Assembly: GCA_010405405.1 (NCBI GenBank)
Contig: MU004233.1
Span: 313,067 to 377,066 of the forward strand
Direction: 5' to 3'
Length of the DNA stretch: 64,000 bases
Origin: Microthyrium microscopicum
Taxonomy: Eukaryota
Each line of letters starts with the position of its first letter. Positions within the stretch are counted from its first letter, which is position 1. Below the pieces are notes generated by a model. That model did no database searches. It had not been told where the DNA came from and saw only the letters and a list, made by a program, of their open reading frames with translations. Below, piece after piece: positions 13,652 through 28,403 of the stretch. The position numbers and the translations under genes were made by a program.

Positions 13652-16600
13652 ATACTCTTCTCTTTAAGATTAGTACTTCTAAGCTAAAAACTTATAAAAG
13701 GATAAGATTTATAATTAAGTTATATAGTCTTATAATTCTAATACTTTTAGGGTATAAAATATAAAATATAAAAAGTAAAGATAATATTCTTCCTTTATAT
13801 ATAACTACTATATATATTTATTCTTTATACTATTTTCTAGCCTACTAAAGTAACTATTAAGAAATATTAACGAACTTTAAAATATTTTTAGAATACTCTA
13901 GTTTATAGATTAAGTATTAAGGTACGTATAGTAGTATTCTTTACTATTTTAGGGAAAGTTTATCTAAATTATACTTCTTCTCTTTCTTTTTTTAAGAGTT
14001 TATAAATATAGAATATAGCCCTAGTTTATTAGGATTTTAGTTATAGTACTTAGTAATAAGTTCTAAATAAGAGTTAAGATTTAACTATAGTTACTAATTA
14101 GAGTTATAGTTTTAGTTATCTTATTTTATAAACTAGACTTTATACTATAAAACCTTCTTCTTACTAAAGCCTTTTATAATACCTATCTTATTATTAATAA
14201 TATAGTTAACTATCTACTCCTACTTTATATTATTATTTATATTTATAATTATAAAGGAGTTATCTAGTTCTTAAAGTATAGTAATATATTTAGAAATAAG
14301 ATAAAGTAGCTAAGTATAAAAAATAGAGTAAATCTTTATCTTCTCTAGTAGTTCTAGCTTATAGGTAAGAATATTAATCTTCTTAATAATCTTAAAGAGT
14401 TTTATAAATTTATTATTAAGGAATTTTAATAGTTAAAGAAATTTATAATAATAAGTATTAAAGTATACTTAATTACCTAGTTTAAGGTTTAGTACTAGTT
14501 AACGAGTCTTATTAGCCTATTTTTTTATAAGGGCAATAGACTATAAGATCTATTCTTAGAAATACTTATAAAGATTAGTATAAGTATAGAGATATTAGTT
14601 AGTAAGTTACTATTTAGTTTAGGTTAGCTTAGTTCTTAAGTAAGTCTTTAGAAGTATTAGTTCTAATCTTAATTAAGAAAGATAACTATTAAGTATACGA
14701 AAGGGACTTATTTTAGTAAAGGCGTAAATAACGTAGTTAGTTTTAAACTTAGTAAATAATAGTAGTTCTATCTAGTCGTTCTATTACTAGTTAATAAAGT
14801 ATCTAAAGTAAGCTTTTAATATTATAACTAATATTTCTATAATATTATTACTTTATAGATACTAAGTAGTAATTAGGTAGATAATAATACTAATACGTTT
14901 ATAGAGACGTTACTAAAATATAGATATAAATTATAAATTATAGTTAGAAAGAATAGAGTTAGACTATTTAGTATATTTCTAGATTTAGTTAAGAAACGTA
15001 AGAACTATTATTTATATACTTAAGTTAAAAAGAAGTATATATTATTAGGTATATATTAGCCTATTTATAACAACTATAATATAATAGTAGATAGTTTTAA
15101 GATAAATATAAGGTAGTAAAGTAACTATAAAGTTAATAGAGATATTAGATTAGGCGTAGTTAAGTAATAGAAATAACTAGAGAAGATCCTACTTTTTTTA
15201 TTTAACTAGCTTAGAGAACGCATACTTATATACTTTTATATAGTATTTTATATCTTTAGCTATATAGGGCTAATAGTAAAATTAATAAAAACGCTAGTAT
15301 ATAGAAGCTATATTATTATAACCTATTACTTTATAATTATATATATATTTAATAGCATAGTATTAGAGACGTTTTATAGGAATAAGAAGTTATTATCTAT
15401 ATTAAATAGTATTATTAGTAAGTACTTAGTAATTACTAAGTTTAATTAGGTCTTTTTTTAGAGTACTATATAGTAAGCAATATAATTATATAGCTTTAGA
15501 GTTATAGATTATTTAGATAAGCTTATTTAATTAGCTAGCCTTAATAATATCTTTCTATAATATCTTTAGATTAATTAATATATTATCTATTTTAAAGTAA
15601 TTAATTAGCTTACTTAGAATTAGGATAGAACTCCTTATAGTTAGTTAATTAATTAGCTTACCTTTTATAGTTAGCGCATTAACTTTATTAGTAATAATTA
15701 TAGTAAGTTTAATTATTATAGGTTATTTATTATTAATAAGAAGGATAGCAATTTTAATAGTATATTAAATATTATAAGAATAAGAGATTTCGTAGTAGGT
15801 ATTAAAGTTATAAGAAGAAAAGATTAGTTATATTTATTAGGTAATCTATAGATTATTATTAGATTTTAGAAAATCTTATAATCTTTAAGTTAGCATATTT
15901 ATTTTTACGTTAAAGAGACTATTATAATATTTAATCTTAAATTAGAATTAGAAAAGGAACTTTATCTATTAAGTTTAATAATAAGATAGCTTTTTAGTTA
16001 ATATAAAAGTACGTAAGTTAAGATAGTTAGTAAAAACCTATATAGAGTTAAAGGTTAAAAATAATTTAAGTTTTTATTCTTTAAACGCTTATATAATTAT
16101 AAGTAGCTCTTTATTATAAATGTTATAATTATACTTTACTAGAATTATCTTTTTAGAAAGAAAAGCTACTAGATAAAGCTTACTATTTACGCCCTTTTAA
16201 GAAAGAATAGCTACTATTATTTAGTCTAAGGCATTAGTTTTAACCTAAGTCTTAGTATTAGGATTAAAATAATAAAAGATTAAAGTAATAGTAAAAGCCT
16301 TCTTTAAGGCGTTAAAAGCTTATTCTTTAGGTCTAGTCTTACTTTATAAGAAGTATAAGGAAGCGTCTTTTTAAATTAGTATAATAAGTAGTATAATAAT
16401 TTTTAAGTATTCTTTAATAAAATAGTAATAGAAGTTTATAAAGCTAAGGAATATTTAGATATTCTTTAAAGAAATAGAGTAATACTAATTAAGTATAGTA
16501 TTAACCTTCTTTTTATTTATTTAAATTCTATTAAGTATAATAATAATACTAAGATATTTAACTAATTAGGTTATAAACTTAGATTTAGAAATATTAAGGT

Positions 16601-19600
16601 AAAGTCTAGCTTTTTTAAGCTTATTAAGAATTAAGTAAATATAAGTAATATATTCCTCTTTAGTCTTACTCTAAATAAGGACGTTATTAAAGTAGACTAT
16701 AATAAAGTTATTAAAGTATTTATATACTATACTATTAATATAAGATTAAAAGCTTTTTAGTAATTTTATTATACTAAATAGTATTACTAAGGTTTTAAAA
16801 AGTCTATAGCGTATTAAGAACGTAATTTTATATTTATTCTCTTTATAAATTTAAATATTATTAAAGATAGTAATAATATTAAATTATAAAAAGAATTTTA
16901 CTTTATAAATCTTTATTAAAGTTTCTATTAAGAACAAAAGTATATTTTAGTTAATTAGTATAATCTTATTAAGTTTATAGTAGTTAATATAGATATAAAT
17001 ACTATTACCTAGTTTACTAATATATAATATAGATATAGCATAATAAGAGATACTTAGTTAGATAAAGCTTTTTCTAAGTATATTTTTAATATATTCCTTA
17101 ATAACTTATACTTATTAGTAAGATATATTATAGAATTTACATATAAGTACTTTTATATTTAGGTTAGTAGTAATAGTATAGTTAAAGCTTAGTTAGTATA
17201 GTAGTAGCTTATTAGTTTAGTAGAAGTTAAATAAAGAGATATAGTAATAGAATTTTAGTAGTATTAATTTTAATAATTCTTCTTATATTAGTAGGTTATA
17301 ATTAAGCTTTTTATACTATTTAGTATAGTTTTTAGTAAAGATTATAGTAATATTAATAACGTTCTATTAAGGAATAGGATTAAGGTCTTCTTCTTCTTCT
17401 AAAGTAATAAAGTCTTCTTAGTAAAGAGCTATAAAGTAGTAATCTTTATATTATATTATAGCTATAAAGACTCGTAGTAATACTATATAGATATTAAGAG
17501 TTCCTTCTTATCGTTTATTTATAATTACTTAACCCTTATAGTTAATAGTTATTAAGTAATAGAAAGTTATATAGTATTTTATATAATGCTTAGAGTAGAA
17601 GCTTAATATATATTAGCCTTCTTAGAGTATAACTTTATACTTATTTATTTATAGATTACTAAGGATTATATTATAGTTAGTAACTTTTATTATAAAGTAA
17701 AGAATCTATTTAAGGTAGATATTAATACATAATATAATAGCTACTATATAGGTTATTTTTATAATAGTATAGTTATTAGCTATTTTAGCGTAGTAGAGTT
17801 AAATTATCTTTACTAATAGAATACTATAAATTTAGAAGTAATAAGGATTAATAATACTAAAGACACTACTACCTATATTAATTAGGACTTTTATTTTAGT
17901 ATATACGTTATTATTAATAAGAATATTACTAGTAGTACTTTACTATTAGCCTATCTTTAAAATAGAATATTTTAGTAATTAGTTAATAGGAATATAGATT
18001 ACTAATATATAAATAATAGCTATACTTATAGAAGTACTTTTAATTTTAGAGTTACTTAAATAGTTAATAATAGCCTCTATTTAATATTTTTATTATTTAT
18101 TATATACTTCTATTTTATTTAGCTTTTTTATATAGCATTATAAAGGAGCGTTTAGTTTTCTTAGTCCTAGTAGTAATAATTATTATATATTAATAAACAA
18201 TTATACTATAGGGTTAGGTTTTATAGTTAGGTATTATTTTATTATAGATAAATACTAATAAGCTTAGTAGAGATATTAGAATTAGAGAAGGCTAATTTAC
18301 TTTTATACTTTAAGTTTTTATTTTTATAGTTATAACCTTATTTACTATATTAGATATAGCAATAGTCTCGTATTAGATATTAGTATAGAGTAATTTTATA
18401 GCGTAATATATAGTTAATTTAGTTATTAGTTTAGTTACTATTATTATTATTTTAATTACTAGATAGCTTATTCTTATTATTAGTTTTACGTTTAAGGTTT
18501 TAGTTAATAACTTATAACTTATTAATATATTTAGTAATAGTAGTAGCTTTAAAAAGAAATAGGTATTATATAATTTTTTTAATAATTATATATTTAAAAT
18601 AAGTAACCTTATTTACTTCTATAAAGCTAGCGTTAGTAATTTTATTATTAAACTTAGTAATATATAGAGCAAGCTTCTTAGTTTTTTTTATTTAGTTTAA
18701 AGAATTCTATAACTAGGTAATAACGTCTTTATAAGTATTATACTTTTAGGTATATTAATCTAGGTCTTTCTAGAACTCTATTATATTAGAATATAAGTTT
18801 AGTAATTTATATTATATATAGTTTTTAATAAATCTAAAGGTAATATTAAGAGTTTTACTATATACTTAAATAGTAGCATTTAGTTCTATAAGGAAAGAAG
18901 CTTACTTATTATAAAGATAGTCTTTAATACGAAGCTTTTATATAAGATATTATTTAAAGTTACGACTAAAGTATTTACTTAGATTACTTTATTTACGTTT
19001 TTTACTTTTACTATTAGCTAAGGATCTAGATACTATTAGAGTTAGGCTATTAGTTTTAATATAAGAAGCTTATTAATAAGAAGAAGGTATTACTTACTTA
19101 TTATTAGAATTAAGTTAGTAGATATTCTCTTTAGATTTATATACAAACTAACTAAGCTAGTTTTTAAGATCTTTATTCTAGAGACAAAAAGCTATAATCT
19201 TATTATACTTCTTAATATAGAAAGTACGTAGTTATTTAATATTATTAAGTACTTTATTAAGTTTTTATTAATTTATATTATAAGTATTCTTTAAATAGAG
19301 AACATATTTATTATCCTTATAGTTAGCTTTAATTATATAGTTAAGTTATTAGCAAAGTTAATTCGCCTTTATATATATTTTATTAACTACAACTATAGTA
19401 TTATTAAGTTTATTAGTTATATTTTTAATACTTTATTTATAATATTAGTAGGTATCTATTATATTATTTAATTAAGCATAAGTCTTTTAAGTATAGAGAT
19501 TAGCTACTTAGGCTAATTTAATATAACTATATAGTTATTTAAATTATATTTTTAGTAATATTATAACGCTATAAAGGAATTCTTTATAAGTCTTAATAAC

Positions 19601-20660
19601 TTTTAGATATAAGTTATCCTAAGTATAATATATAAGTATAAAGTCTAAAAAGACATTTTTAATAGTACTATCTAAAGAGATAGTTTTTTAGGCTTAGAAA
19701 GTAACTTCTTTATAGAGGAATTATATTAAGAATACTTAATTCTTCTTATTAGAAGTAATTAATTAGTAAGTAATAAGGTAAGAGAGTATTTAGTAATTTA
19801 ATAGTAATTCTTTAATTTAGGCTTAGTCTACTAGTTAAAGAGTAGCAATTAAAAGATTAGTAGAAAATGCCTTCTCTTTACTTTTATTTTAGAATTATAA
19901 TTAGCTATAAATATAGCTACTCTTAGTAATTTCTAGAACGTTAAATAGTAAAGATATCTTAACTATAGAGTTATAATAGAAGTATAAAGAATTATAGCGC
20001 AAAGGTTAGCTATAAGATAGTTCTATTATAGTATTATTTTTATTACTATTAACCTTAGTCTAAGTATAAAGTAGTATAATTATAGACTAAGTAATATTCT
20101 AAGTTCTTAATTACTATTACTTATAAAAATAAAATATAGAGCAAGTTTTATAAGTTTTAATAATGTCTTTTATAGTAAGATAAGGATTTAATATAAAGTA
20201 AGTATAAGTAATAAGTATAAATATTAAGAAGTCTTAAAATAAAGTATAGATAGGTTATAAAAGTATAATAGATAATTTAGAAAAAGGAGTAAGAAGTTTA
20301 ATTTATTATAATTTATCTTTAGGGCTTATTATAGTATAGTAGAATAAGTAAAGTTTTATTATAGATATAGTAGTAAAGAGAAGTAGTAGTAGTAAAGAAA
20401 GATTATTAATTTATAAGTCTAGTAGAGTAGAAGTTTTAGGTTAACTAGAGTCTTTTAAGCTCTTTAATTAGACGTTAAGAATCTAAGCTTCTAGTAGAGT
20501 TAAGAGTTAGAAATTTATATATTTACTACGCTAGTAGGTTAGATCTATTAAGATCTAAAAATAGAATTCTATATTTATATAGGTAAATATATTAAATCTT
20601 TAGATTTTAATACGCTAAATATTAGGATTATTTTTTAAATAGTATAAGGTATTAGTTTTA

Positions 20661-20853
20661 TATTAGGAACCTATAAGCGTAAGGATATAAGCTAATAATA
20701 GATATAATTTAAAAAAACTAATACAAAGAATCTAAGAAAGAGAGTAGGAAATAATTATAAGTAAGCTATACTAGATAATCCTTAGGCGCTAAGCCATTAG
20801 CATTACGTAATAGAGGATACTAATAATATTACAATAGAATTAATAGTAGTAGA
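20661..20853 (-). repeat. 5' LTR of element C (main part; last 9 bp displaced to 28409-28417)
   Basis: Direct repeat of 13450-13642, interrupted by element D. Confidence 0.88.
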
Positions 20854-21015
20854 TATTATAGGTTAGATAACAAAGAGATAAGTTATATTATAAGCCTACT
20901 AAATAGAAAAGTAACTTAGAGAGAAAAAAGAGTTAAAAAACTCTTTAACTAAGGTATTTATATATAATAGGAGTAGCCTAAATAGGCATAGCTTTAGAAA
21001 GTTTAATCCTTAATA
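20854..21015 (-). repeat. 3' LTR of element D (162 bp)
   Basis: Direct repeat of 28242-28403 with RIPed TG...CA termini. Confidence 0.92.
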
Positions 21016-21541
21016 TTACCTCCTCTATCTAAAAAATTCTAGCTAAAATACTAAGTTAATTATAAGATCTTAATCTTATTTAGCTATATTTAATACTTAC
21101 TATTTTTATAGTTTATAATAAAGCTTCTATTTATAATATATAGATCTATACGTTTACTTTTAAGTATAAAATATAAAGCTTAAGTTATTAACTATTAGTT
21201 CTATACTAGTATTTTACCTATTTTAAACTAAATTTTAGGTATAAGGCCTTTTTCTTAGTATATAATATTAGTTCTTTTTAGTTATAATCCTATAAAGGTT
21301 ACTTAATTTATAAGTTATTTTATTTATGCTTAGTTAGAGCTTTATTATAATATTAAGAGATAAGATTAAAAAAACATAACTACAATTAAGTTACTATATT
21401 TCTATTTATATATTTAGAAAGTATAAAGTAATATTATTCTATAAAGTTAACTATTCTTCTTTTATTATACTTTAAATAAGCTTCTTCTCTTCTAATTAGT
21501 TCTTATTAAGTTTCTTTTTTCTTACTTAATTAATTAATTAG

Positions 21542-22450
21542 GTAAGTTATTTATTATAATAACTATAGCCTTACTAACTATATAGAGATAGCTACCCTAA
21601 TTATTAATGTTTTTAATAATACTATTAGCTTTAATAGTTATATCCTTATTACTATTACTTTTATTTATATATTTATTATTAACTATAATGCTTCTTTACC
21701 TTATCTACTTACTACGCACAAGGTAGCTATATATAAGGCCTACTAGAACGATATAAATAAAAGCCTTTATCTTCTTAACTAAGTCCTACTTTATTACTAG
21801 AATAATATTATTTATAACCCTTATTTCTATTTACTAACTACTCTTTAATATAAGAAGATATATATAGTTATTAATTACTATAATCTATAAAACTATACTT
21901 TATTTAAGGCACTTTATATTAACTAGACTATACGTACTTTTTTAGCCTTTCTTAATTTATACTAATATATTTATAAAGTAAGGCCTTTTATATTATAACT
22001 AACTATTCTTCTAACTTTTTTAATAAGCGTCTTAACTTATTAAACGCTTTTTTTAAAGGGTTTACTAATAATTTATAGCCTAACGTTTATAATATTATAA
22101 TTTATTAAAGCTTTCTTAGTATAATTTAATTAACTAGTAGCTAGGCTAGTTATCTTAAAGCCTTAGGTATTTATTATATAAATATCTTATAATTCTTTAT
22201 TAAAAATAAGTAGAATAAGACTTATAAGGAGTAATATTATACTTATTATATTAGCGATTCTAATTTAAAGAATTAGTTATAATATATAGGTTATATTTAG
22301 CTTTTAGGATTTCATAATAATATATATTTAAACTATATTTATAATAATAATATTAGCTTAGCTAAGAAGTATCTTTATAATAATAAGAAAGAGGTTATTA
22401 AAAAAATTAAGAATTTTTTACTATTAATTATCTACTTTAGTCTTTCTATA
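21542..22450 (+). pseudogene. RIP-degraded intron-containing extra gene antisense to pol in element D, with a Cys-rich DUF3716-like motif
   Basis: Introns 21542-21585 (GTAAGT..ACTAAC..TAG) and 21930-21976. The frame from 21588 is stop-free for 52 codons. 22238-22336 de-RIPs to C-T-H-C-x14-C-IQLPGFHDG.-C-S-N-C. End is approximate. Confidence 0.6.
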
Positions 22451-25400
22451 TCCTAAGGTACTACTTAGGTTTTTCTTTCTTAGTAGTAGAGGTTTATTAG
22501 GTATATCTTATTTTTTTAGTTTTCTTATATTTTTATAATTTTCTAGTTTTATTTAGTAAGAAAGAGGGTCTTAATATAGATAAAAGAAAAGTATTTCTAT
22601 ATATAAGTTATAAATAGTACCTCTAATTATATCTCTATAAAGTTAATTACTATAATAAGAAAGCTAGTTTTTAATCTTAGTTATATTTAAAGAATAGACT
22701 AATTTAGTACTAATCTTTTATAATTATTTCATATATATTTTATCTTCTCTATCTACTTTATATAAGCTTTTAACTATTTAATAAAGTTAATTAGTTCTTT
22801 TATTATATTTAAATAATCTACCTATTTAATAATATAGACTATATAGAGTTTGCTCTTTATTATCTTCTTATATTTTTTAGCTATAATCTCCTTTACTAGC
22901 TACTTCTCTTATTCTTTTCTATCTAAGTCTTTAACTAAAATTAGTAATAGATAAGAATTATTAGTATCTTAACTTAGGAATAGGTTATTTATTACTAGTC
23001 TAAGTAAGTTAATATAAAATTTCTTAGTTCTTTATAGTATATTTAGTATAATTATATATAAGCTTATTATCTTTATAACTTAAAACTTAAAATAATAATA
23101 ATTAAACTTCTTCTTTACTTATTTAGTCTTAGTATTTTTTAAGTCTAGCTAGATTTAATTACTAACTTTATACTTAAGTATTTAGATCTTTATTTAGTTA
23201 GCTTATTTCTATATTTTTTCTTAGATAAGGATTATAGTATCTTAAGTCTATTTTATAGCTTTTAAAATTATATAAGTAGCTTCTTTTCCTTTTTTTCTTA
23301 AAGTATTCTTCTATTTAGATAAAGAAGCTTATTTAGAAAAGTCTAAGAAGATAAAGTTTTTAAAGCTATAGGATAAAAAAAAGAATAAAAGTTTTATTAT
23401 AAATAAATATTATAAGTTAAGTATAAGTTAAAGTATTAGTATTAGTAAGAACTAGTTTAATTATATATAATTTATATATATTTATACTTTAGCTTTAATA
23501 TCTAAGTTTTACTATTCTATAGAGCTATTTATTTAGAAATAAAATATAGTTAATAGCTATAACTCTATTTATAGTAGTATATAGAACTTTATTTAGAAGT
23601 CTTTTATAAATACTAGATTATAATTATAAATAATTATATTAGAAATACTATAAAGAAAATAGACGCATTATAAGAAAATAACTATAATATCTTTAATTTC
23701 TCTCTAAGTAAAGAGAATTAGGATTACTTTTTTACTTAGCTAATTAGTAATAACTATTAAGATTATATATCTATTTAATAAAAGAAGGTTTATTATAAAA
23801 TTTATAGATAGTTCTTACTATTATTAGCTTAGAATAGGTAGAGACTTTAGAAAGCCTTTTTTTTACTTATAACTAACCTTTAATTAGCTATATATACTAT
23901 AATTTTTTATAAAATACTTTATATTAGCTATAATTTTAGGCTAAAAGAAATATAGCTATAAAGCTTAGTAAATTTCTTTATAGCTAGAATAGCCTTAAGT
24001 TAAAGATATATAAGCTACTTATAATATTATTATTTATAAAGATTCTAAGTTTAGAATCTATAATTATCCTCTTTAGTAAAGATAATCTTTATTATTAATT
24101 AAGTAGTTAAGGATAGAGATTTTAATACTTATAATTAATAAAGAAAACTTTTATCTACTAGCTTTAATTATTTAATAAACTACTTAATAAGTATTATTAA
24201 CCTATACTACCTTATTTTACTAAGTTACTAATAGTTTAGAAACGTTTAGTATTAATAGTAGTAAGCTAGAAATTAAAGCTTTATTAGCTAATTAAGTCTC
24301 TACTAGTTTATCTTTAACTACTATAGAAAGAATAATAATATAGATAAGTAAAGCTTATAGTAATTTAAGTAATTAATCTCTTTAAATATAAAGTAGTTAG
24401 AAAGTTCTAGCCTAGATCTTCTTATTAGCTACGTTTTAGAGTATATCTTATTTATAATAAAAAAAACTATCTACTATACTATTCTATAAGCCTAAATAAT
24501 ACTTAATTATTATATTATACTTTATAAGTTTAATAAACTATTAAATATACCTTTCTATAAGCTTTTATAGTTTTATAAAATACTCTAGGTTTTTATAATT
24601 AAATATTACTTTAAATTTTTCTACTACTTATAGCTCTAAGTCCTATTCTTTTAGAATAAATATAATTATAAGTATCTCTTTATTATAAATTAAGTAGTTA
24701 CTTTAAGTAAAGTTATACTTTTTAAAAAAATAGGCTACTAGTTAAAATTTACTTATTTTATTCTTTTATACTAGTATAGCTTCTAAAAAGTAACTAAAAG
24801 AGTTAGTATAGATAAAAGTCTCTTTATTATAGTTAAATAAAGCTAGTATCTAGTTAATAATAAAGAGCTATTTTAGCTCCTTAAATATAGCTTTCTTTAG
24901 GTCTTTAAATAAAAAGAAAATATCCTTCTAAGTAAGTTAAATAAGAGGTTTTATAATTATTTAAAAGTTTAGTATAAACTTATAATAGAAATTAGTAAAG
25001 CTAAGGAAAGCTTAAACTTTATAAATATTCTTAAGAGCCTCCTATTCTTAGATTACTTTAACTTTAGCTAAGTCTATTAAGATTCTTTATTTAGCCTTAA
25101 TAATATAACTTAAGTATATTATTTAAGTAGTTATAAATTTATACTTCTAAATATTAAGATAAAGTTTTACTTTTTATAGCTACTTAAAGACTTTATAAAT
25201 ATAGGCTTTATATTACTTCCTAGTACTTAAGCTAAAGATTAAGACGTTATCTAAGTATATAAAAATATAGTTATTTAAGATATCTTAAAGAGTAAAGTTA
25301 ATAAATCTCTAAAAAATACTTAGAGTATTTAATAATCTAAATAGTATTACTATCTATTTAAATAAGCTATATTATATCTAAAAAGTTATCTTCTACTTAT

Positions 25401-28241
25401 TATTCTTATATATCTAAATCTTATAAAATACTTAAGATACATCTAATTTAGTAAACTATTATACTTTTTTTAAGGTATTTAGTATTTTATAAATAAATAG
25501 TAAAAAGTAATAATTCTTTATAGTTAACTTATTTAATATATAGTAGTTATAATAAAATTAAATTAATCTATCTACTTTATAAATAAAAAGAACTAGTACT
25601 CTAGTAAATAAGTTACTTACTTAAATAAACTTACTTTCTAGTAGATTATTAAGAATTCTTCTAAGGATTAATAACTTATCTTAATTTATAAAATATAATA
25701 TCTATTAAGATAGCTAAGGTTCCTTTCTATTAGTATTTAGGATTAGATTAATTTTATAGTTTATAAAAGAGCCTTAGATAAGTAGCTATTTATTAGCTAG
25801 CTCTTTTTAAAAGAGGTTAAGATAATCTAAATACTATTTAGAAAGCTTTTTATAAGAATTAATATACTTCTTAAAAGTAAAGGCTTTCTATAAGTTATAA
25901 AGACTTATAGTAAAGACTTATATAATTAGTATTAAGCCTTTTTAAGACTATCTTACCTACTTTCTAGCTTATTAAGTAAGCATCCTAAATACTATAGTTT
26001 TAATTACTATATAGTTATACTTTTTCTAAAGAGTCATTAGACTTATAATTATATAACCTATTTTATTAAAGACTAACTTCTTAAGTTTTATATAAAGAAT
26101 AATATTATATTTCTTTATCTAAGATAGGCTAAGGATTATATTATAGTCTAGAGTCTCTTTTACTATAAAAGCTTAAATAGTTTCTTTATAGCCTTTAATA
26201 TTAATTTTTATAATTACTATTTTATAGATTTCTTTAGCCTTACTATTTATTTCTTTAATAGAAATTACTTAAAGTAGTAATATACGTTTAAGTTTATATC
26301 TTTAGATAAAGTAAAAACTTATAAAAGAATAAGTTAAATAGCTACTATTAATAAAGCCTATATATAAAAAAAATTAATTTACTATTAAAGATATTAAAAA
26401 AGGCTCTATAATTATATTTTAAGTAAAGAACTTCTAATACTATTTTAAAATAATATTTTTATAATTTTCTAGCTTAGTATTACGTCTTTAATCTAAGCTT
26501 ACTAGTTTTCTAATTTTATATTAGTAATATTATATAGATTATTATAAAGGTTATTATTTCTTAGCTAAGTAATAATAGCCCTTACTAGCTAGCTACTTTA
26601 GGGAACGTTTAGAATATTAATAGTACTAGCCTAGAATTTACTAGTATTATCTTATAAGTATTTATCTTTAGTAAAGCCTTCTTTACCTTATCCTTATCTA
26701 TAGCTAACCTAGTTATAAAAGGAATTTTAGTTTCTAGATAACGTTTAAAGTACCTATTTATAGTCCTAAATTCTATAATTAGCTAAGCTATAATAAAAAT
26801 AAAGGTTATTTTATTTATAGTAGTTATACTAGGTTTAGCTAGCTCTAATCTAAATACCTTCTATTATATTTAGGTTTTAATTTCTAGATAGCTAAGTCTA
26901 CTAAGTACTTATTTTAGTATTTAAGCCTCTTAGACTATAATAGCTTATATAAGCTTAAACTATTTAATCCTAGGTTTCTAAAGCCTCTTAAGTAAAGGTA
27001 TCTAAGTTACTAAGCTAAGAATAAGTAATTAAGGCTATTCTAAAATTAGAATTTATAGTATTTTTTAAGAACTATATCTAAATAGAGGTAGCCTAAAATT
27101 ATACTCTAGTATAGATAAAATACTACTAAAACTTAGCCTAAAAAATTCTCTATTTTCTACCTCTCTACTAGATCTCTTAGAAGTTTACTAAAGCTCTTAT
27201 TTCTTTATATAAGTTATAAAAAAGAAGATCTATCTATTCTATAAACTTACTAAAACTTAGAATACTATAGCTAGTAAAATTCTAAATTTAGGAAAGAACT
27301 TATTAAGTAATATTTCTTATAAGCTAGCTAAATATATAGTAGATTTAAGCGTAGTTATTTATATAAATCTATTTATTAATATATAATTTTACTTTAATTA
27401 TTTAGTAAAAACTAGAGTAAAGAGTTAGGTCTTTATATAAGTATTATTCTAGGTTTAGAAAAACTAGTTAAAGGTTTTATAATAGTAGTTAAAGTAGCTT
27501 ATATTAAGTAGTTAGAGAATTTATTAAAAAAAATAGAGAAAGAACTACTAGTCTAGCTATTATAATTAGAGTTTAAAAAGGATTAGCTTATAAAATTAAA
27601 GAAAGGTAGTAGCTATAGTTAAAAGTTTCTTTAATAAAAAGTATAGCTAGTATTAAAGAAAAAGTTATACTAAATATTATAAATTCTCTCTAAAGTTATT
27701 CTTATTCTTACTACTACTATTAGGTTAGCGTTTTATAAATAGTATTATTTACTTATTATATAAAGATCTTATTACTAGTATAAATATTAGTAAGCTATTT
27801 ATTCTAGCTATTAACTTAGGCCTAAAGTTTAGTATAGACTACTATAATCTATTATATATTCTTATTTAATTATATATAAATTTTACTAGTTAACTTATTT
27901 AGTTATTATAAAGCTTATTTATAACTAATAGTAGTTATACGTAATTATAAGATAGATAAATTAAGTATATTATTAAATAGTAAAATACTATCTATTACTT
28001 ATTATAAGTTATTATTAATTACCTTTTAGGATATATTTAAGTAGTTTTATAGCTCTATCTATTATTAGTTAATATATATAAAGTATACTTCTATATTCTT
28101 ATAAGTAAAGCCTTTAGAGAACGTTTCTCTATCTTATCTAGTAGTTATTAAGTAAGAAAAATCTTAGTCTACTATTTTAGCTATTTATTAATAGATAAAG
28201 AGGAAGTAGGTAAAAAGAGGAGTTAGTTTAAAGTTACTTAA

Positions 28242-28403
28242 TATTATAAGTTAGATAACAAAAAGATAAGTTATATTATAAGCCTACTAAATAGGAAGAT
28301 AACTTAGAGAGAAAGAAGAGTTAAAAGACTCTTTAATTAAGGTATTTATATATAATAAGAGTAGCCTAAATAGGCATAGCTTTAAAGGGTTTAACCCTTA
28401 ATA
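28242..28403 (-). repeat. 5' LTR of element D (162 bp)
   Basis: Direct repeat of 20854-21015, followed by TSD gtaga. Confidence 0.92.

Larger units (their letters stand above)
20854..28403 (-). mobile_element. Element D: full-length (7.55 kb) RIP-degraded Ty3/Gypsy chromovirus inserted in the 5' LTR of C
   Basis: 162-bp LTRs at 20854-21015 and 28242-28403. TSD gtaga at 20849-20853 and 28404-28408. Minus-strand pol (de-RIP EWEAPKNVHEVQAFLGFANFYRKFI at ~24980-25050; chromodomain EEWLVKEI...KW.GY at ~22760-22910). Polypurine tract at 21016-21030. Confidence 0.92.

Noticed and set aside
2978..28403. Dating insertions from LTR-pair divergence
   Set aside because: Differences are dominated by RIP transitions, not clock-like mutation.
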